Positions 9,001-19,364 of a stretch of 64,000 nt of DNA are shown in pieces. The stretch lies in NCBI GenBank assembly GCA_037190885.1, contig JBBCJQ010000006.1, positions 34,190 through 98,189 on the forward strand, given 5' to 3'. The notes under the pieces were generated by a model, which worked only from the letters and a program-made list of their open reading frames with translations, searched no databases and was not told where the DNA came from. Positions within the stretch are counted from its first letter, which is position 1, and every line of letters starts with the position of its first letter. The stretch comes from Chitinophagaceae bacterium. GTDB taxonomy: Bacteria; Bacteroidota; Bacteroidia; Chitinophagales; Chitinophagaceae. A program made the translations under genes and the position numbers.

Positions 9001-10299
9001 TTAAAAAGCGGGATCTGCAGGGGTATTGGGATTATTGTCTCTTTCCCTGAAGGGATAAGGCAGCAGGCTCCTTTTCTTTTCTTCATTCGGCCGGGCAAAA
9101 CGGCGCATATCTTCTGTTTTAAGTCCGGACATATACAGCTCAATGCAACGCTGCCGGTATATCTCCGTAAGCAGGACATCAGCAGATACAGCACCGGCAT
9201 AAGCCTCTTCCTCAGCACCTATGCCAAAAGGATCTGTAGCGGCGGTCTTGGTCCTTATTTTGTTTATCTCTACTATGGCATCGGGCAATGAAGGACTGCT
9301 CTGCCGGATATAACATTCCGCTTTTATCAGTGTGATCTCGCCGGGCAGGTAAACCGGCCACGGCGTGCTGATAGCTTCCCCGAAGCCTTTGATCCTCCAC
9401 CTGGGTGGTATTGTTTCATTGATCGACATATAGAAAGTGGTACGCTTGTCTGCCGCTGTCGGCGCCAGGGCCTCCGGTAAGCCGAAGGAAGAATCAACCA
9501 CCTGGAACACATTGTTGGTGGCGGTAGCTACGTTAAAGACCGGGTTGGGACTTACCGCGTCAAAATTCATGGTGCTCTTAACAGTCAGGTCCACATTGCC
9601 GGCTGCTGCCAGCGCCCCGCTGAAATCATTTGTAAACAGCAGGTACCGGGCTTTTAATGCCTGCAGGGTATTCGGTATTTCTATTCCGGCCGGCAGGTTA
9701 TTAAGTAATTGTGAACTGATGGGGTTGGCTGCGATAGTTGCCAGCGCACTGTTAATGGTTGCCAGCGCTTTTCCAAATCCTTCTGTGCGGTTCACAAATC
9801 CTACTTCAGCACCAATGGTATCAGGTATCTGCTCCCAAAACATAGCGAGGTTGCCGTAGGCAAGTGCTTTAAAAACAGACGCGTAACCGATCAGTCCGGA
9901 AGCATATCCTTTGTCGCCAAGGTTTGCGGCATTATTGATCACATTGTTGGCATCATAGATCACCTTCAGGCTCGATGCCCAGAGATTGCCCACTACGCCA
10001 TTATTACCGTCTACATTGGTTCCGCCAACCGAGAGGTTAAACTCATCGGTATTCCCGGCATTCATCAGCCGCAGCTCATTCGTGGAGAATCCATTCGCGG
10101 TAACCAGGTTGTATAAAGCCGACGCGCGGTTAACACTGTATTGTTTTTGTACGCCAACGGCCACTCCTGTTAATCCCACGGAGGAATTCAGGGCCTCATC
10201 AAATTGGGTGGCGCCCGGGTTGGTGAAATTCTTTTTACATGAACTTATACCAAGCCCGGCAATTGCCAGGATGAGTACAGTATATTTTACGTTGTTCAT
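9001..10299 (-). CDS. SusD/RagB-family nutrient-binding outer-membrane lipoprotein
   Basis: 432-aa ORF with a lipoprotein signal (LAIAGLGISSCKK). It sits immediately downstream of a SusC-type gene. TPR-like helical composition and a C-terminal RxxExxxEGxR-like region (IYRQRCIELYMSGLKTEDMRR). Confidence 0.85.
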   Translation of the reverse strand: MNNVKYTVLILAIAGLGISSCKKNFTNPGATQFDEALNSSVGLTGVAVGVQKQYSVNRASALYNLVTANGFSTNELRLMNAGNTDEFNLSVGGTNVDGNNGVVGNLWASSLKVIYDANNVINNAANLGDKGYASGLIGYASVFKALAYGNLAMFWEQIPDTIGAEVGFVNRTEGFGKALATINSALATIAANPISSQLLNNLPAGIEIPNTLQALKARYLLFTNDFSGALAAAGNVDLTVKSTMNFDAVSPNPVFNVATATNNVFQVVDSSFGLPEALAPTAADKRTTFYMSINETIPPRWRIKGFGEAISTPWPVYLPGEITLIKAECYIRQSSPSLPDAIVEINKIRTKTAATDPFGIGAEEEAYAGAVSADVLLTEIYRQRCIELYMSGLKTEDMRRFARPNEEKKRSLLPYPFRERDNNPNTPADPAF

Positions 10300-10323
10300 A
10301 TCGTTCAGTTAAATTGATGAAAA

Positions 10324-13300
10324 CTAAAATTTGGTGCTGAGGGTTAAAGCAAAAGTTCTGGGAATAGGTACGTTACCGAAGTCGATACCACGCGCCAGTG
10401 TGCTGCCGCCCCCTGCATTGGTTTCCGGATCAAAGCCGCTGTAATTGTCCCAACTGATAAGGTTACGGCCGGACAGGCTCAGCGAGAGGTCGCTGATTGC
10501 TTTGTTCAGTCTTCCGAAATTGTAGGTAACAGATACTTCGCGCAGCTTTATAAAGCTGCCGTTGTCCATACGCCATTCCTCGATAGCATATACGCCACCA
10601 ACGTATCCACGCGGAATTAACCCCAGGTGTTCTTTTTCTGCAAACTCTTTTCCATTACCAACACCCTGTCTTGTTCTGAAGTCTGCATTCCATACTTCCA
10701 GTCCTTGTACAGCATCCAGCTGTACCCGTAAGGAAAGCTTTTTATAGTTAAAAGTGTTTACAAGCGTACCGGTCCAGTCGGGGTTGGGATCACCGATCAC
10801 TTTTCTTAAAGCGGTACCGGTGGGAAGTCCGTTGGCATCACGCTGGGGTGTATAAGCAGATACGGAGTTTTGTACCCCTCTTTCCTGCACCGGAATGCCG
10901 TTGGCATTTTTTATTTCAGCGCCATTGTCGTCCCGGGCAAAAAAGAAGCCATAGAATACGCCAACAGCGTAACCGGGTATCAGCGAAGAAGATCCAGCCG
11001 GGTTGTTATACTGAATAAGTCCCTGGGGAATTTCCTCTACCCTGTTCCGGTTCCTGTTATAGATCAGATCTATATCCCAGCTAAAGTTTTTGTTTTTAAC
11101 AGGAGAGCCTCCTATCATTAATTCTATACCCTTGTTGCTGATAGTACCTACATTGCCCAGTAAGCTGCTGAAGCCGTTGCTGGGGGCTATGAACCTGGAC
11201 AGCAGCAGATCGCTCACTCTTTTGTTGTACCAGTTGAAGGTAAGGTTGGCACGTCCGCCAAAAAATGACATATCGGTTCCTATTTCAATTTCCCTTTGCT
11301 TTTCAGGCTTCATCAGCTCGTTGGCGAGGGTAGACGAAGACATAAGGGCTGTTCTGCCAACCAGGGGGCTTGACCCGTATACATTAAACCGGTCGTAAGC
11401 CCCGATGCCGGTAAGGTTACCGCTTTCGCCGTAGGCGGCCCGTATTTTCATATAGTCCCAGAAATTGCTCAGCCCCGCTTTTTCCCAAAACGCTTCATCG
11501 CTGATGATATAGCTGCCGCTTACTTTAGCGTAAAACTGGTTGCGTTCATCTTCACCAAAAACAGAAGAGCCGTCAACACGGCCTGCTGCCGTTAAGAAGT
11601 ACCGGTTTTTGAACTTGAAGTTCTGCTGCAGGTACCCCCCGTTAATGGATATCTCAGATCGTTGGTCCGTACCCGGTAGTACTGTGCTGGCGCCGGAGAC
11701 TGTTTGCACGAAGGGCGCCAGCCCGCGACCCTGCAGCACGGTGAAGTTGGATTTCTCGTATTGCAGGGAATATCCCACCTGGGTAGTGGAAGCCAGGTCG
11801 GATGTGATATTCTTGTTGAGCGTGGCGTTCAATTCGTGGTTGATCAGGAACTGCTGGTTGTTGCCGGCGCTGGCATACCCGTTCAGGGTAGGGTCGAGGG
11901 TCGGTCCGCCGCCCCAGAAATCAGGACTGGCATTGTACGTATAAGGCGGTATATAGGTGGTGCCCATCTGGCTGATATTGTCAACCCCTACTGTATAATC
12001 AACCGTTACGTCTTTTACCGGTTTCAGCTTCAGGCCCAGGGATGAGATCACCCTGTTGGTCTGGTTGCGTTGCTTGATATCCTCAATGATGCTTACCGGG
12101 TTGATACGTCCTCTTTCGCCTACAGCCAGCAGGTTGCCGTTATCATCCCTTCTCCATATGTCATGAAAGTTGCCTATAATGGTAATACTGTTGATGGGAG
12201 AAAAGAAAGAGTTGCCGTCCGGTTTTTCATTGGCAACACTGTTGGTATAGCTGATACCCGCTGCAAGGCTGGCCCAACTCGACAATTCCTGGTCCAGGTT
12301 CAGGCGGAATGAAAAACGCTGGAAATCGGTGTTCCTGATAATACCCTGGTTGTGAAAATAGGAGGCGGAAGCAAAGTATTTTGTTTTGTCTTTTCCCCCT
12401 CTTACCGACAGGTTGTTGTCTGTGCCTATCCCATCCCTGAATATATAATCCCAGTAGTTATAGCGCGTAACCGGGGTAGTTATGGTGGACAAAGTGTCGA
12501 TAAACTCGGTTGGAGAAATTTGCTTGCGCCCGGTTTGAATAATATCCTGCGTCATGGCGCCCGGCCCGTCTGCTCCCGGGCCGAATTTAACCGGGGCTGT
12601 ATTATAGCCGGGGTCTTTCCGCAACTGGTTTACATTCACGCTGGTGCTGAAGCTGACGGACGGTGCGCCGCTGCTTCCTCTTTTGGTAAAGATCTGCACC
12701 ACACCGGCATTGGCGCGGCTACCATAAATAGCTGCCGCAGCCGCACCATTTAGAACCTCAATGCGTTCAATATCGTTGGGATTGATATCTACCATCCGGT
12801 TAGGGGCCGGTGAAATGATACCGTCATAAGCACTTTGAGTATTGGTTACCCTCCGGGTGCTGTTGCTGACAATAACACCATCAATAATATATAACGGCTC
12901 ACTGGAAGAGTTGATGGTGCTGGTACCTCTCAGTCTTACCGACATGCTGCCGCCGGGGTCTCCCGAGTTCTGGCTGATCTGCGCGCCGGGGGTCTTCCCC
13001 TGTAATGCGGCCAGTACATTACCGGTAGCCGCCTTTGCAAGCTGTTCGCCCTTTACAGTGCTGATAAAGCTGCCCAACTGGCGCCGGGTGGTTCCCTGCG
13101 AAGTGCCGGTCACTACCACTTCGTCCATACCTAACGGGTCTGTTTCCAGTTGTACATCCGCGTTGTAAGTATCGGCGTTGCCGATGGTAATGGACTGCTC
13201 GCGGCTTTTAAAGCCTATGCCGGAGAAAACCAGCACATGGTTGCCGGGCTTGATATCGGCAGTTATACTGTAGCTGCCGTCAACTTCGCTGCTGGCGCCG

Positions 13301-13473
13301 GCATTGCTGTTGCGAAGCGATACGGAAATGCCGGCAAGCCCTTCGCCGTTTTTGTCGGTAATTTTTCCGGTAATGCGTACCTGCGCCGCTGCTGCCATGC
13401 ACAGCAGTTGCAGGACGAATACAAAAGAAATCAGCCGGTATTTCTTTTGTGTAAGAAGACGTCTTTTTTTCAT
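10324..13473 (-). CDS. SusC/RagA-family TonB-linked outer-membrane protein
   Basis: Signal peptide after MKKRRLL. CarboxypepD_reg domain (ITGKITDKNGEGLAGISVSL). Plug (IERIEVLNGAAAAAIYGSRANAGVVQIFTKRG). C-terminal barrel ending in F. The start is taken at the internal ATG 13473; the track start is 13518. Confidence 0.9.
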   Translation of the reverse strand: MKKRRLLTQKKYRLISFVFVLQLLCMAAAAQVRITGKITDKNGEGLAGISVSLRNSNAGASSEVDGSYSITADIKPGNHVLVFSGIGFKSREQSITIGNADTYNADVQLETDPLGMDEVVVTGTSQGTTRRQLGSFISTVKGEQLAKAATGNVLAALQGKTPGAQISQNSGDPGGSMSVRLRGTSTINSSSEPLYIIDGVIVSNSTRRVTNTQSAYDGIISPAPNRMVDINPNDIERIEVLNGAAAAAIYGSRANAGVVQIFTKRGSSGAPSVSFSTSVNVNQLRKDPGYNTAPVKFGPGADGPGAMTQDIIQTGRKQISPTEFIDTLSTITTPVTRYNYWDYIFRDGIGTDNNLSVRGGKDKTKYFASASYFHNQGIIRNTDFQRFSFRLNLDQELSSWASLAAGISYTNSVANEKPDGNSFFSPINSITIIGNFHDIWRRDDNGNLLAVGERGRINPVSIIEDIKQRNQTNRVISSLGLKLKPVKDVTVDYTVGVDNISQMGTTYIPPYTYNASPDFWGGGPTLDPTLNGYASAGNNQQFLINHELNATLNKNITSDLASTTQVGYSLQYEKSNFTVLQGRGLAPFVQTVSGASTVLPGTDQRSEISINGGYLQQNFKFKNRYFLTAAGRVDGSSVFGEDERNQFYAKVSGSYIISDEAFWEKAGLSNFWDYMKIRAAYGESGNLTGIGAYDRFNVYGSSPLVGRTALMSSSTLANELMKPEKQREIEIGTDMSFFGGRANLTFNWYNKRVSDLLLSRFIAPSNGFSSLLGNVGTISNKGIELMIGGSPVKNKNFSWDIDLIYNRNRNRVEEIPQGLIQYNNPAGSSSLIPGYAVGVFYGFFFARDDNGAEIKNANGIPVQERGVQNSVSAYTPQRDANGLPTGTALRKVIGDPNPDWTGTLVNTFNYKKLSLRVQLDAVQGLEVWNADFRTRQGVGNGKEFAEKEHLGLIPRGYVGGVYAIEEWRMDNGSFIKLREVSVTYNFGRLNKAISDLSLSLSGRNLISWDNYSGFDPETNAGGGSTLARGIDFGNVPIPRTFALTLSTKF

Positions 13474-13525
13474 GATGCAGTTTTTGTTTGAAGTAAATAG
13501 GTGATGCACGTAAATCATTAAACAA

Positions 13526-14272
13526 TTATAAAACAGTTATACCTGCCTTTTTATAAGATGCTAACTGGACATCTTCGGGATCAAGCTCTGTTACCAGCAC
13601 ATCTACTTTATCCAACCCGCACACTTTGATCTTTTGAGATGAATTCAGCTTTTCAGAGATGGTCAGCGCCACTACCCGCCGCGCAGATGCGACCATGGCT
13701 TTTTTTACCTGCACCACCTCCCAGTCATTATCCGTAATACCGGTTTCCGTATCAATGGCATTGATACCCAGAAAGCAGAGATCTGCCCTGATGTCCTTTA
13801 TTTTTTCAACAGTTTCCGCCCCAATGGCTATTTTGGAACTTTTTGAAATTCTGTCTCCTGTAAATATGACCTCAATATTGGGATGATGAATATACTCGTT
13901 GGCAGCAGGCAGGCTGGCAGTAATAAATGTTGCGTTAAGCTCGGGGGGAAGTGACCTGGCCAGTTCAATAATAGTAGTACCGCCGGTGGTTAAAACAAAC
14001 ATCCCGTTTTTTATCAGGCTTATTGCTTTATGGGCAATTGTCTTTTTACCTGAGGAAGCATACACAAGATTCTCGCTAACGGAAAGGTGAAAGGATTTGG
14101 ATAAGGCGCCACCATGCACTTTGATCAGTTGGTTGTTTTTATCCATTTCATTCAGGTCCCGCCGGATGGTGTCTTCAGAAACGCTCATTTTCTGGCTGAG
14201 GTCAACGGACAATACCCTGTTGTGCAGGTTTACCTCCCGGAGAATAAAAGACTGCCGCTCCTTCTTAAGCAT
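13526..14272 (-). CDS. DeoR/GlpR-family transcriptional regulator
   Basis: 248-aa ORF. N-terminal wHTH (KERQSFILREVNLHNRVLSVDLSQKMSVSEDTIRRDLNEM) plus a DeoR C-terminal sensor domain. Confidence 0.9.
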   Translation of the reverse strand: MLKKERQSFILREVNLHNRVLSVDLSQKMSVSEDTIRRDLNEMDKNNQLIKVHGGALSKSFHLSVSENLVYASSGKKTIAHKAISLIKNGMFVLTTGGTTIIELARSLPPELNATFITASLPAANEYIHHPNIEVIFTGDRISKSSKIAIGAETVEKIKDIRADLCFLGINAIDTETGITDNDWEVVQVKKAMVASARRVVALTISEKLNSSQKIKVCGLDKVDVLVTELDPEDVQLASYKKAGITVL

Positions 14273-14553
14273 GATAATGATGGTTGTTACGGCAAATTAT
14301 GAAAATAAACGCACAAAAATGCATAAACGTGCAATTGTGAATAAATTTTTGCCGGTTTATGCTGATTGTGTTCCCTCTTGTATATTCACAGGTAGCCATA
14401 AAATTATAACCGGTTTCCAATATTGGTGGAATTCGGGTTGACCGGGGGAATGCAGAAGACGTTCACGCCGCCGGTACAGGTGGCGCTGCCGGACATTAAA
14501 AAATAATCTGATTATTGAGTATAAGGCTTTAAACCACCCTCTCTTTTCAGGTT

Positions 14554-15606
14554 ATGCAGGAAAAAGGGTTTTATCCGGATTATGGCTCATACAGTGAAGA
14601 AGAATTGGCCGCGGATGAATTTTTTCAGAAATGGGTGCTGATGCCCGATGAAGAAAACAGCCGTTTCTGGAGTGCTTTCCTGGAAAAGAACCCGGACCAG
14701 GTGGTTGCTGTTGAGAATGCATGTAAACTTGTTAGACACTTGACGGAAACAGGCTTCCATATCCCATTTCTATCTGCTGTTGAAAAGCAGGCGCTCAAAT
14801 CCAGCATTTTTGAAGTGATCGGGCATAAGGAAGATATGCGCCTGCATCCGCCTAAAAAGTTTTTCCCGAAGAAATGGTGGCTACCGGCCGCTGTTGTGGT
14901 GCTGGGGATTACCGCTCTTTTTATTGTCACTATAAAGAACGGATATAGTGTTTTACCGGACATGGTAAAAACAAATACCGATGTGAAGCAGGTAAAAGAG
15001 ATCTTGCTGCCGGACGGCTCGGTGGTGGTGCTGAACGGCAATTCATCGGTCAGGTACAGCCAAGCGTTTAACGCGGATAACAGCAGGGATATTTACCTGG
15101 ACGGGAATGCTTACTTCAGGGTGAAGAAGCATTCCGGAAAGCCTTTTGTGGTACATACACCCCAGGCTGCTATTACGGTTACTGGCACCGAATTTAACGT
15201 GAATACCCGCATTTTCACCACCAATGTGGTGCTTACACACGGAAGCGTGGATGTTGATCTTACCGAAAACACGACCCATGGTACCATCGGATTACTGGAG
15301 CCGGGACAAACCCTGAAGTATAATGCCGGCAATAAGGAGCTGACAACAGGAAATATTCGAACGGATCTGTACACCTATGCCTGGGACAGGGATGAGTGGC
15401 ATTTTGACAATACGCCATTCGTGACCGTCATTGAGCTGATAGAGCAATTTTACGGAACAAACGTTGTACTTAACAATAAAGCATTAAATGATTTAACCAT
15501 ATCAGCGGTCGTTTCAGTGAAAGATTATTCAACCCTTATCAGGGTAATTGAAAAAACACTGGATGTATCGATCACAGAAGCCCGCGATAAAGTTTTTATT
15601 AATTAA
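14554..15606 (+). CDS. FecR-family anti-sigma factor / trans-envelope signalling sensor (FecR + DUF4974)
   Basis: 350-aa ORF with a single central TM (WWLPAAVVVLGITALFIVTI). FecR domain (LPDGSVVVLNGNSSVRY ... YLDGNAYFRV). C-terminal DUF4974-like segment (FDNTPFVTVIELIEQFYGTNVVL). Confidence 0.85.
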   Translation: MQEKGFYPDYGSYSEEELAADEFFQKWVLMPDEENSRFWSAFLEKNPDQVVAVENACKLVRHLTETGFHIPFLSAVEKQALKSSIFEVIGHKEDMRLHPPKKFFPKKWWLPAAVVVLGITALFIVTIKNGYSVLPDMVKTNTDVKQVKEILLPDGSVVVLNGNSSVRYSQAFNADNSRDIYLDGNAYFRVKKHSGKPFVVHTPQAAITVTGTEFNVNTRIFTTNVVLTHGSVDVDLTENTTHGTIGLLEPGQTLKYNAGNKELTTGNIRTDLYTYAWDRDEWHFDNTPFVTVIELIEQFYGTNVVLNNKALNDLTISAVVSVKDYSTLIRVIEKTLDVSITEARDKVFIN

Positions 15607-15641
15607 GCAATCATTCATTATTCACCAACAATCAAAACGTT

Positions 15642-18600
15642 ATGATGAAAGGCCGTTTTTTTTCAAAACGCTGCTTTGGGGCAATCACGGCAACCTTTTT
15701 GTTGCTGGCGATTGTAACCGGAACAATGGCACAGGATGCGCTGTTGTCTCCTCCCGGAGATCAACCAGCTTTAGTTTCGGAAGCAGGAGCCAAAAGTGCT
15801 TCCCTGGAAACTTTTATGAAAGAGTTTAAAAAAATCTATAGTAATGTTTACTATAGCTACCAGTCGAACACCTTAAAGGGAGTGACCGTTTCTTACCCGG
15901 AACTGGACGCAGTCAGGGAAAACAACCCCGATATTGTATTGGAGCGTGTTTTAACGCCGGCGGGGTTAAGCTTTGAAAAGGTAAGGGATGTGTACGTGAT
16001 CAGGAAGGGAACCCTGGTGACAGGCAGCGAAGCAGCTTTGCCTGTGGTAGCCATTTCAACGATCAGCGCAGCAGTCGCTGATTTTGATGTTCGCGGTACG
16101 GTTACCGATGCCAACGGCCCGGTTGCCGGCGTAACCGTTACTGAAAAAGGAACGAACAACGCTACTACCACCGACAACGACGGAAACTTTTCATTAAATG
16201 TTTCCAGTGGTTCGGCCGTATTGGTTTTTTCTTCTATCGGCTACCTTACACAGGAAGTGGCCATCGGAAACAGGAACAGCCTGAGCGTTTTTGTTGAAGC
16301 GGATGCACAGGAACTGGAAGGCGTAGTGGTGACAGCATTGGGTTTGACCCGTGACAAAAGATCACTGGGTTATTCTGTAGGGCAGGTTAAGGGGGATGAT
16401 ATGACCCATGTGGCTAACGAGAATATGCTCACGTCTATGGCAGGCCGCGTTTCCGGTGTTACGATCAATCAGACCAGCGGCGTAGGTTCTTCTATCAGCG
16501 TGATCATAAGAGGCGCGAGCTCATTGATCAATAACCAGCCTTTGTATGTGATTGATGGAGTGCCGATGGGTAGCTCCCTGCAAAACGTGAGTGATAAGGG
16601 AAGCAGCAACAGGGTGGACTATGGAAATGCTATTTCCGATATCAATCCGGATGATATTGAAAGTATATCTGTATTAAAAGGTCCTAGTGCTGCTGCGCTC
16701 TATGGCTCCAGGGCAGGTAATGGTGTAATATTGATCACTACCAAATCCGGCAAAAAGGGAAGAGGTTACGGCGTATCATTCTCAACATCCAATGTTTGGG
16801 AACAACCTTACCGTTACCTGGATTTTCATTATAAGTACGCCAATAATAATCGCGCCACAAATTATTCTCCCAATTCAGCATACTGGGGAGGACCGGAACT
16901 CGATGCCGGCAATTTGGCGGTACAATGGAATAGCCCGCTTGATGCTAATGGAAATCCCATTCCCACCGAGTTAAAGTCGTATCCCGATAACATGAAGAAC
17001 TTTCTCAATACCGGGTTTACCACTACCAATAACGTTTCTGTGGGCGGTTCCACAGACAGAGCCACCTATCGTATCTCATACAATAATATGCAGAACAAAG
17101 GCTTGATACCCAGCCAGGATCTGTATAGAAACAGCATAGCGCTGGTGGGCTCTTATGACGTAAGCAAAAATATTTCTGTAAGCAGTAACATTACCTGGTC
17201 CAGGTCAAATTCCAATAACCGTCCCAATACTTCGGCACCCGGTGGAAACGCGCTGGAAGAGATCTACTTCTCTCCCAATGTTGATTACAGCGAGTTCAGC
17301 TCCATATGGGAACCGGGCCTGGAGCAGATAAGCCAGATCCCTTACGTATTGCACGCTCAAGGCTATCCCCTCAGAAATAACCCCTATTTTTTAGCAAAGG
17401 GAATTCAAAACGGGTTTACAAGAGACCGCTTATTAGGGAATGTAAAAGTTGATCTTAAAATATCTGATGCTGTTACGGCATTTGTAAGAGGTACACTCAA
17501 TACAAGTAATGAAACCAGAGAGTCCAAAATACCCTGGAGCTATACAAATATTGGAGATCCTCAAAATAGAAGAGGGGGCTATTATTTACAGAACCTGTTC
17601 AGTCAGGAAATAAATACGGACTTCCTTATAACATATAAAAAGAAGGTCAGCGAACTGGACTTTAGTGTTTCTGCAGGTGGAAACTATATGCAGGCAAATT
17701 GGACCAACCAGGCAGTTGGTGGAATTTCTTTAACCGTACCGGGATTGTACAATGTTCAAAATTTAGGTGAAATAGACAGAAATAACACTTCAATTACGGG
17801 CAATAACAGGTACAGGAAAAACATCTATAGCTTATATGCAATGGCGTCTGTGGGATTCAAAGACCAGGTGTACCTTGATCTGACGGCCAGGAACGATTGG
17901 TCCAGTACTTTACCGGCCGATAATCGTTCTTATTTCTATCCCTCTGCATCTTTAAGCTGGCTGGCAAATTCCAGCTTCAACCTGCCCTCCACTATTTCTC
18001 TGCTGAAATTCAGGGGCGGATGGGCGCAGGTTGGTAACGATACCGATCCTTATACTTTATATCCCGCTTTGGAAATGGGTAACTGGGGGGGATTGATCAC
18101 CAGTGGTATGCCGGGAGGATTAAATAATCCCAACCTGAAGCCGGAAATATCTACTTCCATTGAAGGGGGTATAGATTTCGCCATGTACAACAATCGCTTA
18201 AGAGTTGATGTTACTTACTATGATGTAAATAACAGGAACCAGATCTTCAACATCACCATGCCGTTTTCAGCGGGTTATACCAGCAAACGTGTAAACGCCG
18301 GGCGTCTAAACAGCCGTGGATGGGAAGTTGGCATTGGTGGTACACCTATCCGAAACAAAAACTGGACCTGGGATCTGAATGCTAATTTTAGCAGGAACAG
18401 GGTTTATCTCAGGGAGTTGCTGGATGGTGTTGATTTTTTTAGTTTCTGGACGGAAGCGAACGGAGGCTCATATACTTATGTAGGTGATCAAATAGGAAAC
18501 CTTTATAGCAGAGGTTATGTACAGGTAGAAGATCCATCTTCTCCGTACTACCGTTGGCCTATTATTGAGTGGGATGGAACACAGGGAGAAATGCAATGGC

Positions 18601-19364
18601 AGGACAAGCCTGGAGGCGCCGGCAATCCCAATAACGAAAAGGTGGGCAACTATAATCCTAAATTCCTGATGGGCTTACAATCAACCCTCACCTGGAAACG
18701 CTGGTCTTTGGGATTGAGCTTTGACTGGAGAAACGGCGGCAATTTCATGTCGTTTACCTATCGCTACGGAGAATCTGACTGGAAGTCACAAAGGCAAATC
18801 GATAACCTGATCCCCGGCGGAAATTACACCAAGGACGAGTTGGTTGCATTGCTGAAATCAGATCCTGAAAAATATATCATACCACAGAATGGCAACTTTC
18901 CGAGGGTTGGAGGGTATACCCAGGCAACCGGAGGATTTCCTCTTCCTGTTGGGAACGGTACCTTGTACGATGGTGTATTTATCCCCGGCGTCTGGCAGGA
19001 TGCTGATGGTAACTATCATGAATGGCTGGGAGGTGACGGCACACAGTATGTACCGATCACAGATGCTTATCCCTGGAACTTTAATAAACAGGTTACCTTT
19101 GATGCATCCTTTATTAAGCTGAGGGAGATCACTTTGAGCTACAGGATCCCCAACCTGTTCAATATTACCCGCAATGCTACATTTTCAGTGTATACCAGAA
19201 ACCTGATGTTGTGGAATGCTGCGAAGATCGGAATTGATCCGGAAAGAGCCTTTTGGGCTGATCCGGGAGCTGCCGGCGGTGGTGGTTTCCGCCAGGGTAT
19301 CGAAAGACAGAACGTAATGCCCTGGACCATTCCGTTTGGCTTTAAGCTGAATGTAGACTTTTAA
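15642..19364 (+). CDS. SusC/RagA-family TonB-linked outer-membrane protein with an N-terminal STN signalling extension
   Basis: 1240-aa ORF. STN-like segment (LETFMKEFKKIYSNVYYSY...LSFEKVRDVYVIRK), CarboxypepD_reg (VRGTVTDANGPVAGVTV), plug (IESISVLKGPSAAALYGSRAGNGVILITTK), and a barrel ending in F. Confidence 0.9.
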   Translation: MMKGRFFSKRCFGAITATFLLLAIVTGTMAQDALLSPPGDQPALVSEAGAKSASLETFMKEFKKIYSNVYYSYQSNTLKGVTVSYPELDAVRENNPDIVLERVLTPAGLSFEKVRDVYVIRKGTLVTGSEAALPVVAISTISAAVADFDVRGTVTDANGPVAGVTVTEKGTNNATTTDNDGNFSLNVSSGSAVLVFSSIGYLTQEVAIGNRNSLSVFVEADAQELEGVVVTALGLTRDKRSLGYSVGQVKGDDMTHVANENMLTSMAGRVSGVTINQTSGVGSSISVIIRGASSLINNQPLYVIDGVPMGSSLQNVSDKGSSNRVDYGNAISDINPDDIESISVLKGPSAAALYGSRAGNGVILITTKSGKKGRGYGVSFSTSNVWEQPYRYLDFHYKYANNNRATNYSPNSAYWGGPELDAGNLAVQWNSPLDANGNPIPTELKSYPDNMKNFLNTGFTTTNNVSVGGSTDRATYRISYNNMQNKGLIPSQDLYRNSIALVGSYDVSKNISVSSNITWSRSNSNNRPNTSAPGGNALEEIYFSPNVDYSEFSSIWEPGLEQISQIPYVLHAQGYPLRNNPYFLAKGIQNGFTRDRLLGNVKVDLKISDAVTAFVRGTLNTSNETRESKIPWSYTNIGDPQNRRGGYYLQNLFSQEINTDFLITYKKKVSELDFSVSAGGNYMQANWTNQAVGGISLTVPGLYNVQNLGEIDRNNTSITGNNRYRKNIYSLYAMASVGFKDQVYLDLTARNDWSSTLPADNRSYFYPSASLSWLANSSFNLPSTISLLKFRGGWAQVGNDTDPYTLYPALEMGNWGGLITSGMPGGLNNPNLKPEISTSIEGGIDFAMYNNRLRVDVTYYDVNNRNQIFNITMPFSAGYTSKRVNAGRLNSRGWEVGIGGTPIRNKNWTWDLNANFSRNRVYLRELLDGVDFFSFWTEANGGSYTYVGDQIGNLYSRGYVQVEDPSSPYYRWPIIEWDGTQGEMQWQDKPGGAGNPNNEKVGNYNPKFLMGLQSTLTWKRWSLGLSFDWRNGGNFMSFTYRYGESDWKSQRQIDNLIPGGNYTKDELVALLKSDPEKYIIPQNGNFPRVGGYTQATGGFPLPVGNGTLYDGVFIPGVWQDADGNYHEWLGGDGTQYVPITDAYPWNFNKQVTFDASFIKLREITLSYRIPNLFNITRNATFSVYTRNLMLWNAAKIGIDPERAFWADPGAAGGGGFRQGIERQNVMPWTIPFGFKLNVDF

